Part shown: piece by piece, positions 36,172 through 50,328 of the stretch | Position numbering within the stretch: position 1 is the first letter of the stretch | How the letters are laid out: each line of letters begins with the position of its first letter | Source of the DNA: Octopus vulgaris | Taxonomy: Eukaryota | Assembly (NCBI GenBank): GCA_951406725.2 | Contig: OX597840.1 | Span: 23,188,001 to 23,252,000, forward strand | Length of the DNA: 64,000 nucleotides | Direction: 5' to 3' | Notes under the pieces: model-generated | Databases searched by the model: none | Told to the model about the DNA's origin: nothing | What the model saw: only the letters and a program-made list of their open reading frames with translations | Program-made: the position numbers and the translations under genes

Positions 36172-39100
36172 ATGGCTAAGCTGGGTTGTGTGAATGTACG
36201 TGGAATGGGGACGAAATGGAAACAAATTTGTTTCCTGAACGACCTCACGACACATGGAGTGGACATAGCTATTGCAACCGAGTCCAAGATGAACGAGGCC
36301 CAAGCGTTCTCGCCTCTTCTAAATGGGTTCGAGAAATTTATTTCTCCTAGCCGAGGAAGAGGCAGAGGCGTGGCAGTCCTTATCAGAAAGAGCTTGGACT
36401 TGCAGGTAAGTACTGTCTTTCTGGACCCAGAAGGCAGGCTGGTTGTTCTGGATGTGACCCACGTAAGTAAACAGTCCTTCAGGTTGGTAGCTGTCTACGC
36501 TCCGAACGAGGGTAGACAGACGGGTTTTTTTCGGAACCTGGAGCCCTTTTTAGCGACGTCGAAAACGGTAATCCTAGTAGGGGACTTTAACACTGTCCTT
36601 GAAGCGCGGGTCGACAGTGTTGGCTCAACCAATAGGAAGGGGAACCCTAGCCTCAAGGGTCTACTAGAGAGCTTTGATCTAGTGGACCGTTACCGACTGG
36701 ATGAGCCGAGCGTTCCACAGTGGACGTGGAGTAACAACGACGGCTCACACAGATCGTATTTAGATAGGATATTTATTAAGAAAAGAGATAAGGATACGTT
36801 TAGTTGTCCACAGTTTCACATTGTGCCTTACACGGATCACAAATTTGTGACGTGTGGGATGCAATTAGACAAGTGTCATAGACAGGGACCCGGGTACTGG
36901 AAGCTGAACAAGGCTATTTTGAATTGTTAGTACAGAGGGCATTGTGTGGCACCATCATTAACAATAGATGGTGGCACTCCCTCAAAAGAGCCATTCGTTC
37001 AGAGTCCATTAGATTTAGCAATCAGCTAAGGTTAGATAGGTCTAGGATAGAGGACGATTTAGTTAAGAATCTAAACGAGGCAATGGAAGCTGGCTCTGCA
37101 TCCGGAGTGATGGCGGCAAGGACGGTATTGTACCGTCACCTTAACTCCAAACACGAAGGTTGCAGAGTCAGAGCTAAGCTACGCGCTGGGAAACGAGAAG
37201 GTATTAACGTTGCCGGATGGGCCCGTCGAGTGGAGAGTCAGAGAGGTAACAAAGCCTCAATCGAGTCTTTAACTGACGAACAGGGACAAAAGATCTATGG
37301 ACAGGAGGAGATGCAAAAGTTTCTTCACCAGCATTTCGCCCGCGTGTTCGGGGGTGGTGTGGCGCCGGAGCGGGGAGGACCTTAAAGGACTTCCTGGCCG
37401 GCGGACCGCGGCTCTCGGGGCGTGAGGTGGAGTGCTGTGAAGAAGCGATCACTCCCGCGGAGATAGAGGGGATACTGGCCGGATGCACCGGGGAGAAGTC
37501 GCCGGGGTTGGATGGTCTGCCCTACGAGTTTTACCAAAGTATGCCGGACTTGTTCGGGGGAATATTGGCAGGCGTCTACACGAACTGGCAGCAGAATGGG
37601 AGAATTCCCAGTTCTGTAAGCCGGGGAGTGGTGACGCTAATCCAGAAAGACCCGAGCAAGGGGGATAACATTAGTAACTACAGGCCCATAACTCTACTTA
37701 ATGTAGAGTTAAAGATTTTGGCCAAGGTGTTGGCAAAAAGGTTGACGGTTGTCGTGGAGAAACTTGTAGGGAGAGCACAGACATGTGCAATTCCAGGCAG
37801 GTCGATCCAGGACAATCTTCACCTTATACGCTACACCTTAGATAGGGTGGGTAAATTAACCGGCAAGGGCGGGCGTAAAGGTCCATTTAGACCAAAGTAA
37901 AGCGTTCGATAGGGTAGACCATGAGTACCTGGCGACGGTCCTCGAAGCGGCTGGACTGGGCCCTGAATTTCGCGGGTGGATCTCCGCTATGTATAGCGGC
38001 ATCAAGTCCACCGTCCAGATAAACGGTTACCTAACGGAACCGTTTTCGATCGAATGTTCAGTTCGTCAAGGGTGCCCCTTGTCACCACTTTTGTACGTGT
38101 TGGCTCTTGAGCCATTGCTGCGAAAGTTGGAGAGGCTGGGAAGTAACTCGGATGAGATCGGAGGTGGGAGGACGGTTACTGCTTATGCGGATGACGTCAC
38201 CCTCATCGTGTCCAATGAGGCCCAGCTACCTTGTGTGGAAGAGGCTATCAGAGGATACGAGGTGGTGGCAGGAGCAAAGGTTAACAAGGACAAGTCGGTT
38301 GGCTTGCGCCTCGGCACCTGGAGGAGCAAGTCGATATCGTCCAGTGTCGTGGGACACTGGACGGATGGCCCTGTTAAGTTGCTAGGAGTTTGGTTTGGGC
38401 CAGACTCCCAAACGGAGAGGAACTGGAGTGAGGTGACGAGCAAGGTGGAGGCCATAGTACGGACCTGGTCCGGAAGGTTTCTGTCCTTGAAAGGAAGGGT
38501 GGAGGTGGTACAGATGTTCATTGCATCTGTAATCACTTACCGCCTGACCGTTGTCCCTTGCCCCGATTCATGGCTTAGCAAGTTGGAGCGAATCCTTTTC
38601 CGCTTTTTGTGGAAGGGAGGAAAGCCACTTGTGAGGCGCTCCGTTTGCTGCCAGGAACCGTTAAAGGGTGGGTTAGGAATGCCTTGGTTGATGATGCGCA
38701 GACATGCGTTGAGGCTGAAGCATCTCTGGCACCACCTGGAGGGTGATAAGGTGTGGAGTCCGCTGGCAGGGGAATTTTTCCCGAGGCCGGCCTCCTTAGT
38801 GAATTTTAAACCCGGTCGCATCAAAAGATGGAAACTGACTTTATGGCAAAAGGAGTGCCGACAGGCACTCACGCTGATCCACAAGGCGGGCAAGGCCGGC
38901 TGCGGAAATACCACCTCGGTATTTTATAGAAGGCTGGTAGAGGCAAAGAACGACGACGTCCTAGGAGGGGCTCTGGGGTTTGACGAAGACCAGCTTACCA
39001 ACGTGTTTAAAAAGACTTTCAGGACGAGTTACTTGGATAATTTCCAAAGATCCCTGGCCTGGCAGTGCTATAGGAATGCTTTACCTGTTCGCGAGAAGTT

Positions 39101-39533
39101 ATCGCGGCACGGAATTTCAGTGCCACCGACGTGTCCAAGGTGCGAGTTGGACGATGAAACCGTCCAGCACGCTTTTGTACACTGTCGGAAGTTGTCCGAC
39201 TTGATAAGTTACGCAGAACACGTGTTATCGCATCTGGGACGAGTACAGCTGTCGGCTGAGTCTATGATTAAGATGATACCGCCAACTGGACTCTCGAAGG
39301 AAGGTGAGGCATGTTTTCACTGCACGGTTGCAGTAGTAAAAGAATGCATGTGGCGAACAAGAATGGAAGGAGTCGCGATAGGATCCTTTGTCTCGGGCCC
39401 CGGCTTGCTCACTTACTTCAGATATCATCTGAAGAGCAAAATGGGGCTGGAAAAGAGGATCTTACCACGGGGTGTGTATGAGAAAAGATGGAAGGAAGTG
39501 GAAAAAAAGGTGGGTGTCAGAAACCCAGCTTAA
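36172..39533 (+). pseudogene. LINE ORF2 (APE endonuclease, RT, Cys-rich C-terminus), three frameshifts
   Basis: NVRG, VYAPN, GDFN, YLDRIF, TDHK (endonuclease); NYRPITLLN, RQGCPLSPLLY, AYADDV (RT); CPRC...HAFVHC; breaks near 36925, 37380 and 37875. Confidence 0.92.
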
Positions 39534-39788
39534 CTATGGAGGGAGGAGAGGAAACAAAAGCTGCGGGGCCTTATAAATTGCCGGGGTTTAAAACTTCGGT
39601 AAGATCGAAAGTTTATGTAATGTTATAATATTCTATTGGTCACGTAAAGGACAATTTACAGACGAATTTTTATAATGAATAATCCAAATGTTATGGAAAA
39701 TGTTTAATCGAACCTCTTAACTGTTTTTTGCATGTATGTCCTGTATTTGTCCTTCTATGTAACGATTGTATAATCATAATAAAGAAAT

Positions 39789-40500
39789 ATAGAGTTAGTT
39801 CCCCTTGACAACTCTTCCTAATTTTCTTTAATTCTTGCTCCTGTTTCTCACGCACCTTGATTGTTTGATCAGTTCCACTTTACGACTGATATTTAAGAGA
39901 CAATCCAATCAAATATATACAAATGATTGGTAATTAACTGTCTAAAGAAACAGATACAGCATTTACGATTATGTGGACGTGAAAAATATGAAGTAACGTT
40001 CGTTGGAAATAGGAAGAAATTCTCTTGAAGCTGTCAGTGTCCGCTCTGATTCGTTGACTCTCTCTTTATATCAATTACTATGTAAGTATTATAAAGACAT
40101 TTCTATTGTATTAAGTATCATATTACGTACATCTGTTTGTTTCCATTTGTTGAATTAAAAGAATCTCACTAAACAAAGACGAAATTATATGAAAGTAAGG
40201 CTGTTATTTTAATAATTACGATGTAATTTGTAAGAAAAGATGGGGAATGTATAAAAGTATGAATGTGCGCTTGAATTACTGAAACGAAAAGACAATATCT
40301 TTTACAGACGAAATGAAAGGGCTTTGAATTGAAACACTAGAAAGTACCTAATTTGACCAAAAATAAATATAATAATCCCTTTATATAATCTTTTACTCCA
40401 AAAATTAGTAGAGAAGATATTAAAAAAAATATCGACACGACATAAAATGAAGGCTGATCGCTGTTGTTCAAAAACTATCGCCTTGTGAAATTTAGTTTAC
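39789..40500 (+). promoter_or_regulatory. Promoter/exon-1 module of ZNF 41705
   Basis: Conserved module; donor GTAAGT at 40082; acceptor at 41277-41278; the 5' part is stranded at 34460-34519 by the LINE. Confidence 0.7.
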
Positions 40501-40924
40501 TCGAATCAGTCACCAATAATTTAATTATCCATGCTTGAAGCATTATAAACATTTTTATGTCCATTAAAATATATAGACATTATAATAATAATAATCAAAA
40601 AGTCACTGAGAATGGTTTTAAGTGTGGTTTCACATTTTTATACTTCCCACTCCCTCGGAAAAATTCTTACACATAAATCCCCATATATTCTTAACCTAAA
40701 CGAGATTTCTTGAAAATGTCATTAAAAAACCATCCATTTTCGTGGAAGTTACAGGCAACAAAGTGGATGGGGTACTGATCTGTAGTTATGCCGTCATTTT
40801 ATGATAATGGCAAAGTAACACACGCCTAGTCCATTGCTGGGATATAAGCAAAGGGAAAAAAGATGCTGATTAAAATTTTTACTCGCACCCCAACCGAGTG
40901 AGGCCGTGTATATTTGGGGGTAGG

Positions 40925-41025
40925 GCAAAAACATATCACTGTGACATCAGGGGTAAATCATTCTCTGTTAGTAGTTGCCTAACTAGACCCAAGCATACTC
41001 AGACACTGGACAAAACACCCTTCAG
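40925..41025 (+). pseudogene. Intronic zinc-finger relic
   Basis: CATATCACTGTGACATCAGGGGTAAATCATTCTCTGTTAGTAGTTGCCTAACTAGAC matches the last finger of the 53693 locus. Confidence 0.75.
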
Positions 41026-41704
41026 ATGAAACCATCTGCTGTCTAGTGTCATTGACATGTATATTGGTATCTGCGTGTGTCTAGGAAAGGCTTAATGTCC
41101 AGGAGGTGTTATTATAATACATGTGTCTACTCCCTCATACAAACCTCTTGAAAATAGATGGGATAAATATAATAGTTCAGATAAATTTATGAAAACAGAA
41201 ATGTTGTAAATTTGCACTTTTGAATATCTGCCTTTTAAACATATTTGATGTCTTATATTATTTTTTCTATTCTTTCAGAAAATCCCATGGAATTGGCTAA
41301 AAAGTATTTTTTGCTTTTAAAGAATCATCAATATGTATCATGTTTGAAAGACTCTGCAAAGATATTCTACAAACGTATAATCCTGCTTCTATAAAACATT
41401 GCTGAATTACAGTAAAATATTTCTTCTGAGAGAGAAAGCATTTCTTTACTTCTGTGTCTGAAATGTGCAAGAGATATTTTTCTCTTTTAAATATACTTTG
41501 ATGGATTTCCAAAGAGTATTTGCGGCATTTTTAAATATTGGCATTGATCACATTTAGAAGAAATATAAGAAAAGTGATATTTGTTTGGAATAAACTATAA
41601 AAACAAAAAGAAAAATATCCGTATACTTTGGTGAGAGGAGAAATATTTTTGAAAAGATGTTGATCTGTACAACTTGAAGGATTAATTTTATTTTTCTTGA
41701 AGAG

Positions 41705-42820
41705 ATGTCTAAAGAATTAAGAAAATCATCATATGACTGTGACATCTGCAAAGAGTCATTCTTAGAAGAAAGTAGATTCAATCAACACAAACAAATTCAT
41801 ACAGGGGAGAAACCATATCACTGTACTGTCTGTGGTAAATCATTGTCTGACAGGAGTAGCTTTGCTCGTCACAAACGTATTCATACAGGAGAGAAACCAT
41901 ATCATTGTAGTATCTGTGGTAAATCATTCTCAAATGACAGTCACTTAGCTCAACACAAACGTACTCATACAGGAGAGAGACCTTATCCCTGTGATATCTG
42001 TGGTGAATCCTTCTCTGCTGGCAGTAGCTTAACTCGTCATAAACGTATTCATACAGGAGAGAAACCATTTCCTTGTCATGTATGTGGTAAATCTTTCCCT
42101 GAAAACTGTAGCTTAACTCAACACAAACGTATTCATACAGGGGAGAAGCCATATCATTGTAGTATCTGTGGTAAATCATTCACTAATGACAGTCACTTAA
42201 TACGACACATACGTATCCATACAGGAGAGAAACCTTATCCCTGCGATATCTGTGGTGAATCGTTCTCTGTTGGCAGTAACTTAACTCGTCATAAACGTAT
42301 CCATACAGGAGAGAAACCATTTCCTTGTGATATATGTGGTAAATCTTTCACTGAAAAAAGTGGCTTAACTAAACACAAACGGGTTCATACAGGGGAGAAA
42401 CCATATCCCTGTGATATCTGTGGTGAATCATTCTCTCGTAGTTATAGCTTAGATATTCACAAACAAATCCATACAGGTGACAAAAAATACCACTGTGATA
42501 CCTGTGGTAAATCATTTTCTGCTGGCAGTAGATTAACTACACACAAACTAATTCATTTAGGGGAGAAACCATATCGTTGTGATATCTGTGGCAAATCATT
42601 CAGTCAGACAGGTAATTTAACCAGACACAAACGCATTCATACAGGTGAACAACCATATCGCTGTGATACCTGTGGTAAATCTTTCAGTCAGGCAGGTAAC
42701 TTAGATACACACAAACGTATTCATACAGGTGAGCAACCATATGATTGCGATATCTGTGGTAAATCATTCTCTGAAAAGGGTATTTTAACTACACACAAAC
42801 TTATCCATACTGGTGTATAG
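41705..42820 (+). CDS. C2H2 zinc-finger array protein (13 fingers)
   Basis: 371-aa ORF; ends at a TAG in the linker (HTGV*PYHC); the terminal finger continues in frame to 42910. Confidence 0.92.
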   Translation: MSKELRKSSYDCDICKESFLEESRFNQHKQIHTGEKPYHCTVCGKSLSDRSSFARHKRIHTGEKPYHCSICGKSFSNDSHLAQHKRTHTGERPYPCDICGESFSAGSSLTRHKRIHTGEKPFPCHVCGKSFPENCSLTQHKRIHTGEKPYHCSICGKSFTNDSHLIRHIRIHTGEKPYPCDICGESFSVGSNLTRHKRIHTGEKPFPCDICGKSFTEKSGLTKHKRVHTGEKPYPCDICGESFSRSYSLDIHKQIHTGDKKYHCDTCGKSFSAGSRLTTHKLIHLGEKPYRCDICGKSFSQTGNLTRHKRIHTGEQPYRCDTCGKSFSQAGNLDTHKRIHTGEQPYDCDICGKSFSEKGILTTHKLIHTGV

Positions 42821-42949
42821 CCATATCATTGTGATTTATGCAGTAAATCATTCTCAAAAAAACATCAATTAATTAAACACAAGTGCACTTGTTATGCAAA
42901 TGATCCGTAGCGCAATGACATTTCTTGTATAACATTCCCCGAGGAAAAC

Positions 42950-43660
42950 CTTTAGACATGATTGAAATGATGTTATGAATGTGACATCGATAGCAAATCT
43001 TTGACATGAAATCATCCATTATTGAATCAAAAGAGCATTGACAGAGGAAGGAAAACCTATCACTGTGATGTTAAACCTGAATCATTCTTTCAAAATGGTG
43101 AATTGTTTGTGCACAGTCCTATTAATATGAAAGATATAACTGTAACCTAAGGTATTTGTGCTAAATCAATCTATGAAAATGATCAATTATTGAAATGTAA
43201 ATGCATTCATACAGAAGAGGAACCACGATGATGACGATCCTCATCATTTAACATTCACTTTTCCATGCTTCTATGGATCAGATGGAATTCATTGATGGAG
43301 ATTTTCTACTTCTGTATACCTTTCTTGTGACCAATCCTCACCTGTTTGTAGGCAAGGACATTTTCCCTGGTGAGACATATTTGACTCAGAAGACTGGAAA
43401 TGAACAACTGCACAAGTATGACGGTCACGATGGCCATTTATGAGCATAATATACAATCTGGACAAGGGTACACACACACTCACTGACACACATGTTAAAA
43501 GTTTTACTTGTTTTCTCTACATGTAAAAGTTTGTGATTCCTATTGGGAAATGAAACACATGTAATGCTGAATAAATAATATCAAACTTTTCTCTGGTCTC
43601 CTTATGTGATTTGTAATTACCTTGCAAAAAATATTATCCAAACCTCCCACAAAAATAATA
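42950..43660 (+). other. Conserved ZNF 3' UTR module (representative copy) with poly(A) signal
   Basis: Decayed fingers, then a SINE-like block, then GTAATGCTGAATAAA; AATAAA at 26271, 33066, 43570, 50213, 55501 and on minus strand at 12982-12987 and 61422-61427. Confidence 0.75.
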
Positions 43661-44506
43661 CACACAGATAGAAGTGGCGGTGAGTGCATAGTGAAAACGG
43701 TTTTGTGTTTTCATTGAAATAAATTTTTGTATCAACTACAAACTGAAATTTGTATTGGCTCTGACCCATCACCTTGGCTTATAAGTTACCAATGATGTGG
43801 TTTTCAGTGTATGCCATGTTCCTTTAATTTTTTACTCACATGAAATTTTGACTCCTATATTTTACTATACAATCTTTGTTTTCTAGAAGAAAAATTTGAC
43901 CATTTCAATTTGAAAATGTAATTTTATTTGTTATGGTCAAAATGGAAAAATAAGAGTGAATATTTATTTTATGAGAGCTGAGTCTATAAAATTGTGCATA
44001 AAATATATAAGCTATATGAAGTGCATTGAGTCATTATTATATTCCAATTTCCTTCACTTTTCAATGAATAAGAGATGGGTGACTATCTTTTGATACAGAC
44101 ACAACACAGGCTACACTTTCGAAGTTTTAGATAAAGTTTTCAGAAATAACCGAATAGGTTTGCTATTAATTTCATGAAATATTTACGGGTCCCAGTAGTT
44201 TAAGAGCGTCATGTGGTCACCTAAATGTAGAGTTGAAGAATGAGAGGAGATGTGGGAGGGAAAAGTGTTAATGATATGTGGTGTGGTAAGGAAAGAATAC
44301 TTATTACTTGGTTAACAGGTTAGCTGAAGGGAAAAATGAAGAGAAAGAGATATGTTTAGGATACATTATTTGTGAGAGAGTGAGGTTAAAGAGAAGGAGA
44401 TAGAAAGAGATGGACAGTGGAGGCAGATAGGGTTTTGTATTGTTAAAAGTTGATATCATCAAGAGACCTGAAATGAAATAAATTTTGTTCCTGAAACTTA
44501 TAGTGA

Positions 44507-44538
<32 letters not shown>

Positions 44539-45467
44539 TGTTGATTGCAAAAAGGATTTTCTTTTTTTTTTATAGAGACCATCACTCAACACTTGCACTT
44601 CTGTGCAATTATTTATCGTCTTCTCACTTAAGAGATTGATATTTGTTTCTAAGGATTAATTTAGCCTAAACTATGGATTCACAAGAGACACAGTTGCAAG
44701 CTGCCTGAAAAAAGATGCACAGATCTAGAGCATGGAACACTAAGAAGATATAATAAAAAAGAGGAAAAAGATGGCACCGATGGTGTTGTGAGGAATTGGA
44801 TGTAGACAGATGCCAAGTATATTCAAAGAAAGCTAAAACTATGAATGCTATAAAAATGCAAATCATCCTCTCTTTCTTAAATAGGTCCTCTTAATTTTTT
44901 TCATTCTGTAGAATTTACATGGGTCCCACTAGTAATTAATAATAAACTAAAGTGGCAAACTGGCAGGGTCGTTAGCACATTGGGGAAAATGCTTAGCTGT
45001 GGTTCTTCTGACATGACATTTGCATATAAATTCTGCCAAGGTGGACTTAGTCCTACATCCAGAGATGGGTTTGATGAAAGGAAGCCCCTTTTGAGCACTG
45101 GAGTTGAAATAATCAGTTCAATGCTTCCTGTGGAATTTCCGGCCTTGTTCCAAAATCTCAAAACCGTTAATTCCAGTCTCTTATATTCACTCTCACCCAT
45201 GGAAATGCCACGACCATGTTGGCATGTTCCTTGAGGTCCCATGGAACGTTGTACTGTGCAACCAATTGTGGCACTTGTTGAATGGGTGTTTGTTTTAATG
45301 TTATGTTTTTCTTTTCTATTTTTTGTTTCTTTGTTCCTGTTTTACCATTTTCAATTTTGGATACTGGATAAACAGCTGAAAGATTATATAAATATGTATT
45401 TATAGAATTAGTAAAGACATAAAGCACAGCTCTTTCCATGACTTTCAGAAATAATTTTTCCTGCAAA

Positions 45468-45730
45468 GAGTTGCTGAAGCATGGAACAAACTGCCGGCAT
45501 CAGTTGTTAGTTGTCGGAGCACAGCATCCTTCAAAACTTCCATGCTTCCTGAGATTCGCCAACACTACACCTGATTTTCTCCCCTCCATACACACGCAAG
45601 CATCTATCTGACTCCTACACTGTTCGCATCCCAGACATTTGTACATTACTGCATATACTTTATACGCACTTTCTGACAAGCTGTGGTGCACCTGAACACT
45701 GTATACAATAATTTCATTATTATTATTATA
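45468..45730 (+). mobile_element. CR1/L2-like LINE extreme 3' end
   Basis: AEAWNKLPASVVSCRSTASFK peptide, short UTR, (ATT)n tail. Confidence 0.65.
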
Positions 45731-45929
45731 ATCGATAAACTGATTCCTTATGGTATTTCCCATTCAAATTGCCTGCGATCCTACTTTCAGCCAAACTTTT
45801 GCCAATTTCAGCAGATTTCGCTCGAATGTGATGTCATTGTCACTTATTTTGGTTTGAAATAAATCATTTCATAACTTAATGATCCGAATTTAATACCGAG
45901 CAACGCCGGGTTATACTGTTACTCAAATA

Positions 45930-46830
45930 TATAAAGTACAGCCACAATTAGTTAAAGAACGGAGTTAGTTCCCCTTGTCAACTCTTCCTACTTTTGCTTC
46001 TTCCTCCTGTTTCTCACTCACCTTGATTGTTTGATCAGTTCCACTTGACAACTGATATTTAAGAGAAAATCCAATCAAATATATACAAATGATTGGTAAT
46101 TAACTGTCTAAAGAAGCAGATACAGCATTTACGATTCTGTGGAGCTGAAAAATACGAAGTAACGTTCGTTGGAAAAAGGAAGAAATTCTCTTGAAGCTGT
46201 CGTTGTCCGCTCTGACTCGTTGACTCTCTCTTTATATTAATTACTATGTAAGTATTATAAAGACATTTCTATTGTATTAAGTATCATATTACGTACATCT
46301 GTTTGTTTCCATGTGTTGAATAAGTTAAAAGAAAGAATCTCAATAAACAAAGACGAAATTATATAAAAGTAAGGCTGTTCCTTTAATACTTTCATTGTGT
46401 TATCCCTTCTCTTTTAGATATTTCATCGCACTTGTGTCTACGCCTTCCGGATCGCCGTTATTTCCTATATTTCTTAATGTCAGATTAATACCTCGTTTAG
46501 AAAAAATTCCTCTTTTTGACAATTTAGTTAAATGCGGGTAAATTACGATGTAATTTGTAAGAAAAGATGGGGAACGTATAAAAGTATGAATGTGCGCTTA
46601 AATTACTGAAACGAAAAGGCAATATGGAATACAGATGAAATGGAAGGGCTTTGAATTGAAACACTAGAAAGTACCTAATTTGACCAAAAATAACTATAAA
46701 AACCCGTTTATATAATCTTTTACTCGAACATTAGTAGAGAAGATATAAAAAAAATATCGACACGACATATAAAATGATCACTATTGTTTAAAAACTATCG
46801 CCTTGTGAAATTTAGTTTACTCAAATCAGT
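45930..46830 (+). promoter_or_regulatory. Promoter/exon-1 module of ZNF 48493
   Basis: GGAGTTAGTTCCCCTTG at 45961; donor at 46248; acceptor at 48063-48064. Confidence 0.7.
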
Positions 46831-47180
46831 CACCAATAATTTAATTTTCCATGCTTGAAGCATTATAAACATTTTTATGACCATTAAAATATATAGACAT
46901 AATAATAATAATAATCAAAAGTCACTGAGAATGGTTTTAAGTGTGGTTTCACATTTTAATAATTAGGAAATACAAAACCGAATTAAGAGGAAGCATTATC
47001 TTAATTGAGTCATTATGTCGTTAAAAAAGAACATAATAAATGCTAAGAATCAGAGAAAAGATCAACAAAAGTAAAAGCTGATAGATTATCGATGAAAAAT
47101 CTCCAAAGTGACTAAAACATTAGATTTATTATCACGGAACTGAGTACATTACGATTACAAAGTTTTTGGTAAGGGACGAG

Positions 47181-47498
47181 GGAAAAGTGTGTGATTTAAG
47201 GGAGATTTGGCTGTTGTTTCTAGTACGTGCAAGACCACACTCGTTTTTCTTTTATTAAAATCACTCTAGATAAATCCTAGCAATAATCGTTTCAGGCTCT
47301 CCAATATTTTAGAATTATAAACAAAAATAATCGAGAGGTGATTGTAGGGTTTTAAAAAAAAATCATAGATTTTCAAACTTTTCATTTTTTTTAATAGCGC
47401 AAATATGTTTATGGCGGGAAATATTGAAAAACAAGGAGGGTGGTATTGGGAAGTGCTAGAAACAACAGCCAAATCTCCTTTAAATCACACACTTTTCC
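47181..47498. repeat. Intronic ~45-bp inverted repeat pair
   Basis: GGAAAAGTGTGTGATTTAAGGGAGATTTGGCTGTTGTTTCTAG / CTAGAAACAACAGCCAAATCTCCTTTAAATCACACACTTTTCC. Confidence 0.8.
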
Positions 47499-47614
47499 TG
47501 TGAAAAGATTCAATTCATTTTAAAATCGAAAAGGTTTCTACCATGTTTTCCATTGCATATTGCAGGGCGGGGGGGGGGATTGGTCTGGAGTGTGGTGGTG
47601 TCTGTGTTCAGAAA

Positions 47615-47828
47615 CTTAGCGCAACACAAACGTACTAATTTGGAGGAGAAACCATATCACTGTAATATCTGTCGTAAGTCATTCTATCAAAGAGGTAACT
47701 TAACTACTCACACAAGAGTTCATTGAGGGAAGAAGCCATATCACTGTGACATCATTGGTGAATCATTCTCTGTTAGTAGTTGCCTAACTAGACCCAAGCA
47801 TACTCAGACACTGGAGAAAACCTCCTTC
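47615..47828 (+). pseudogene. Intronic zinc-finger relic (about 2.5 fingers)
   Basis: [46 protein letters not shown]; homologous to 54220-54400. Confidence 0.8.
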
Positions 47829-48465
47829 AGATGAAAACATCTGCTGTCTAGTGTCACTGACATGTATATTGCTATGTGTGTGTCTATGACAGAATTAATG
47901 TCCAGGAGATGTTATTATACTACATGTGTCTTCTTGAAAATAGATGGGATAAATATAATAGTTCAGATAAATTTTTGAAAACAGTAATGTTGTAAATTTG
48001 CACTTTTGAATATCTGCCTTTTAAACATACTTGATGTCTTATATTATTTTTTCTATTCTTTCAGAAAATCACCTGAAATTGGCTAAAAAGTATTTTTTAA
48101 TTTTAAAGAATCATCAATATGTATCATGTTTGAAAGACTCTGCAAAGATATTCTACAAACATATAATCCTGCTTCTATAAAACATTGCTGAGTTACAGTA
48201 AAATATTTCCTCTGAGAGAGAAAGCATTTCTTTACTTCTGTGTCTGAAATGTGCAAGAGATAATTTTATCTTTTGAATATACTTTGATGGATTTCCAAAG
48301 AGTGTTTGTGACATTTTTAAATATTGGCATTGATCACGTTCAGAAGAAATATAAGAGAAGTGATATTTGTTTGGAATAAACTATAAAAGCAAAAAGAAGA
48401 AAATATCCATATATTTTGGTGAGAGGAGAAATATTATTGAAAAGTTGTTGATCTGTACAACTTGA

Positions 48466-49774
<1,309 letters not shown>

Positions 49775-50296
49775 CCATATCAATCTATGAAAATGGATAA
49801 ATTATTGAAATGTAAATGAATTCATACAGAAGACGAACCACGATGATGATGATCCTCATCATTTAACATTCACTTTTCCATGCTTCAATGGATCAGATGG
49901 ATTTCATTGATGGAGATTTTCCTGAGCTGGGTACCCTTTCTTGTCACCAATCCTCACCTATTTCCAAGCAAGGAAATATTTTCCCTGGTGAGACATATTT
50001 TACGCAGAGGACTGGAAATGAAGAAGTGCACAAGTATGACGGACATCACATGATATCTTGACACGGGTACACTCACTTGTGCATACACACACACACTCAC
50101 ACACGTATATATATATATGTATGAAGAATTTCTTATAGAAGATATTTTACATGTTTTCTCTTTGTCTAAAAGTTTGTGATTCCTATTAGGTAATGAAACA
50201 CATGTAATGCTGAATAAATAATATCAAACTTTTCTTCGGTCTCCTTTTGTGATATGTAATTACCTTGCAAAAAATATCCAAACCTCCCACAAATAT

Positions 50297-50328
<32 letters not shown>

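Larger units (their letters stand above)
34520..39788 (+). mobile_element. Near full-length Tx1/L1-clade LINE with 20-bp TSD
   Basis: TSD ATAGAGTTAGTTCCCCTTGA at 34500-34519 and 39789-39808; ORF1 plus ORF2; AATAAA just before the 3' end. Confidence 0.95.
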
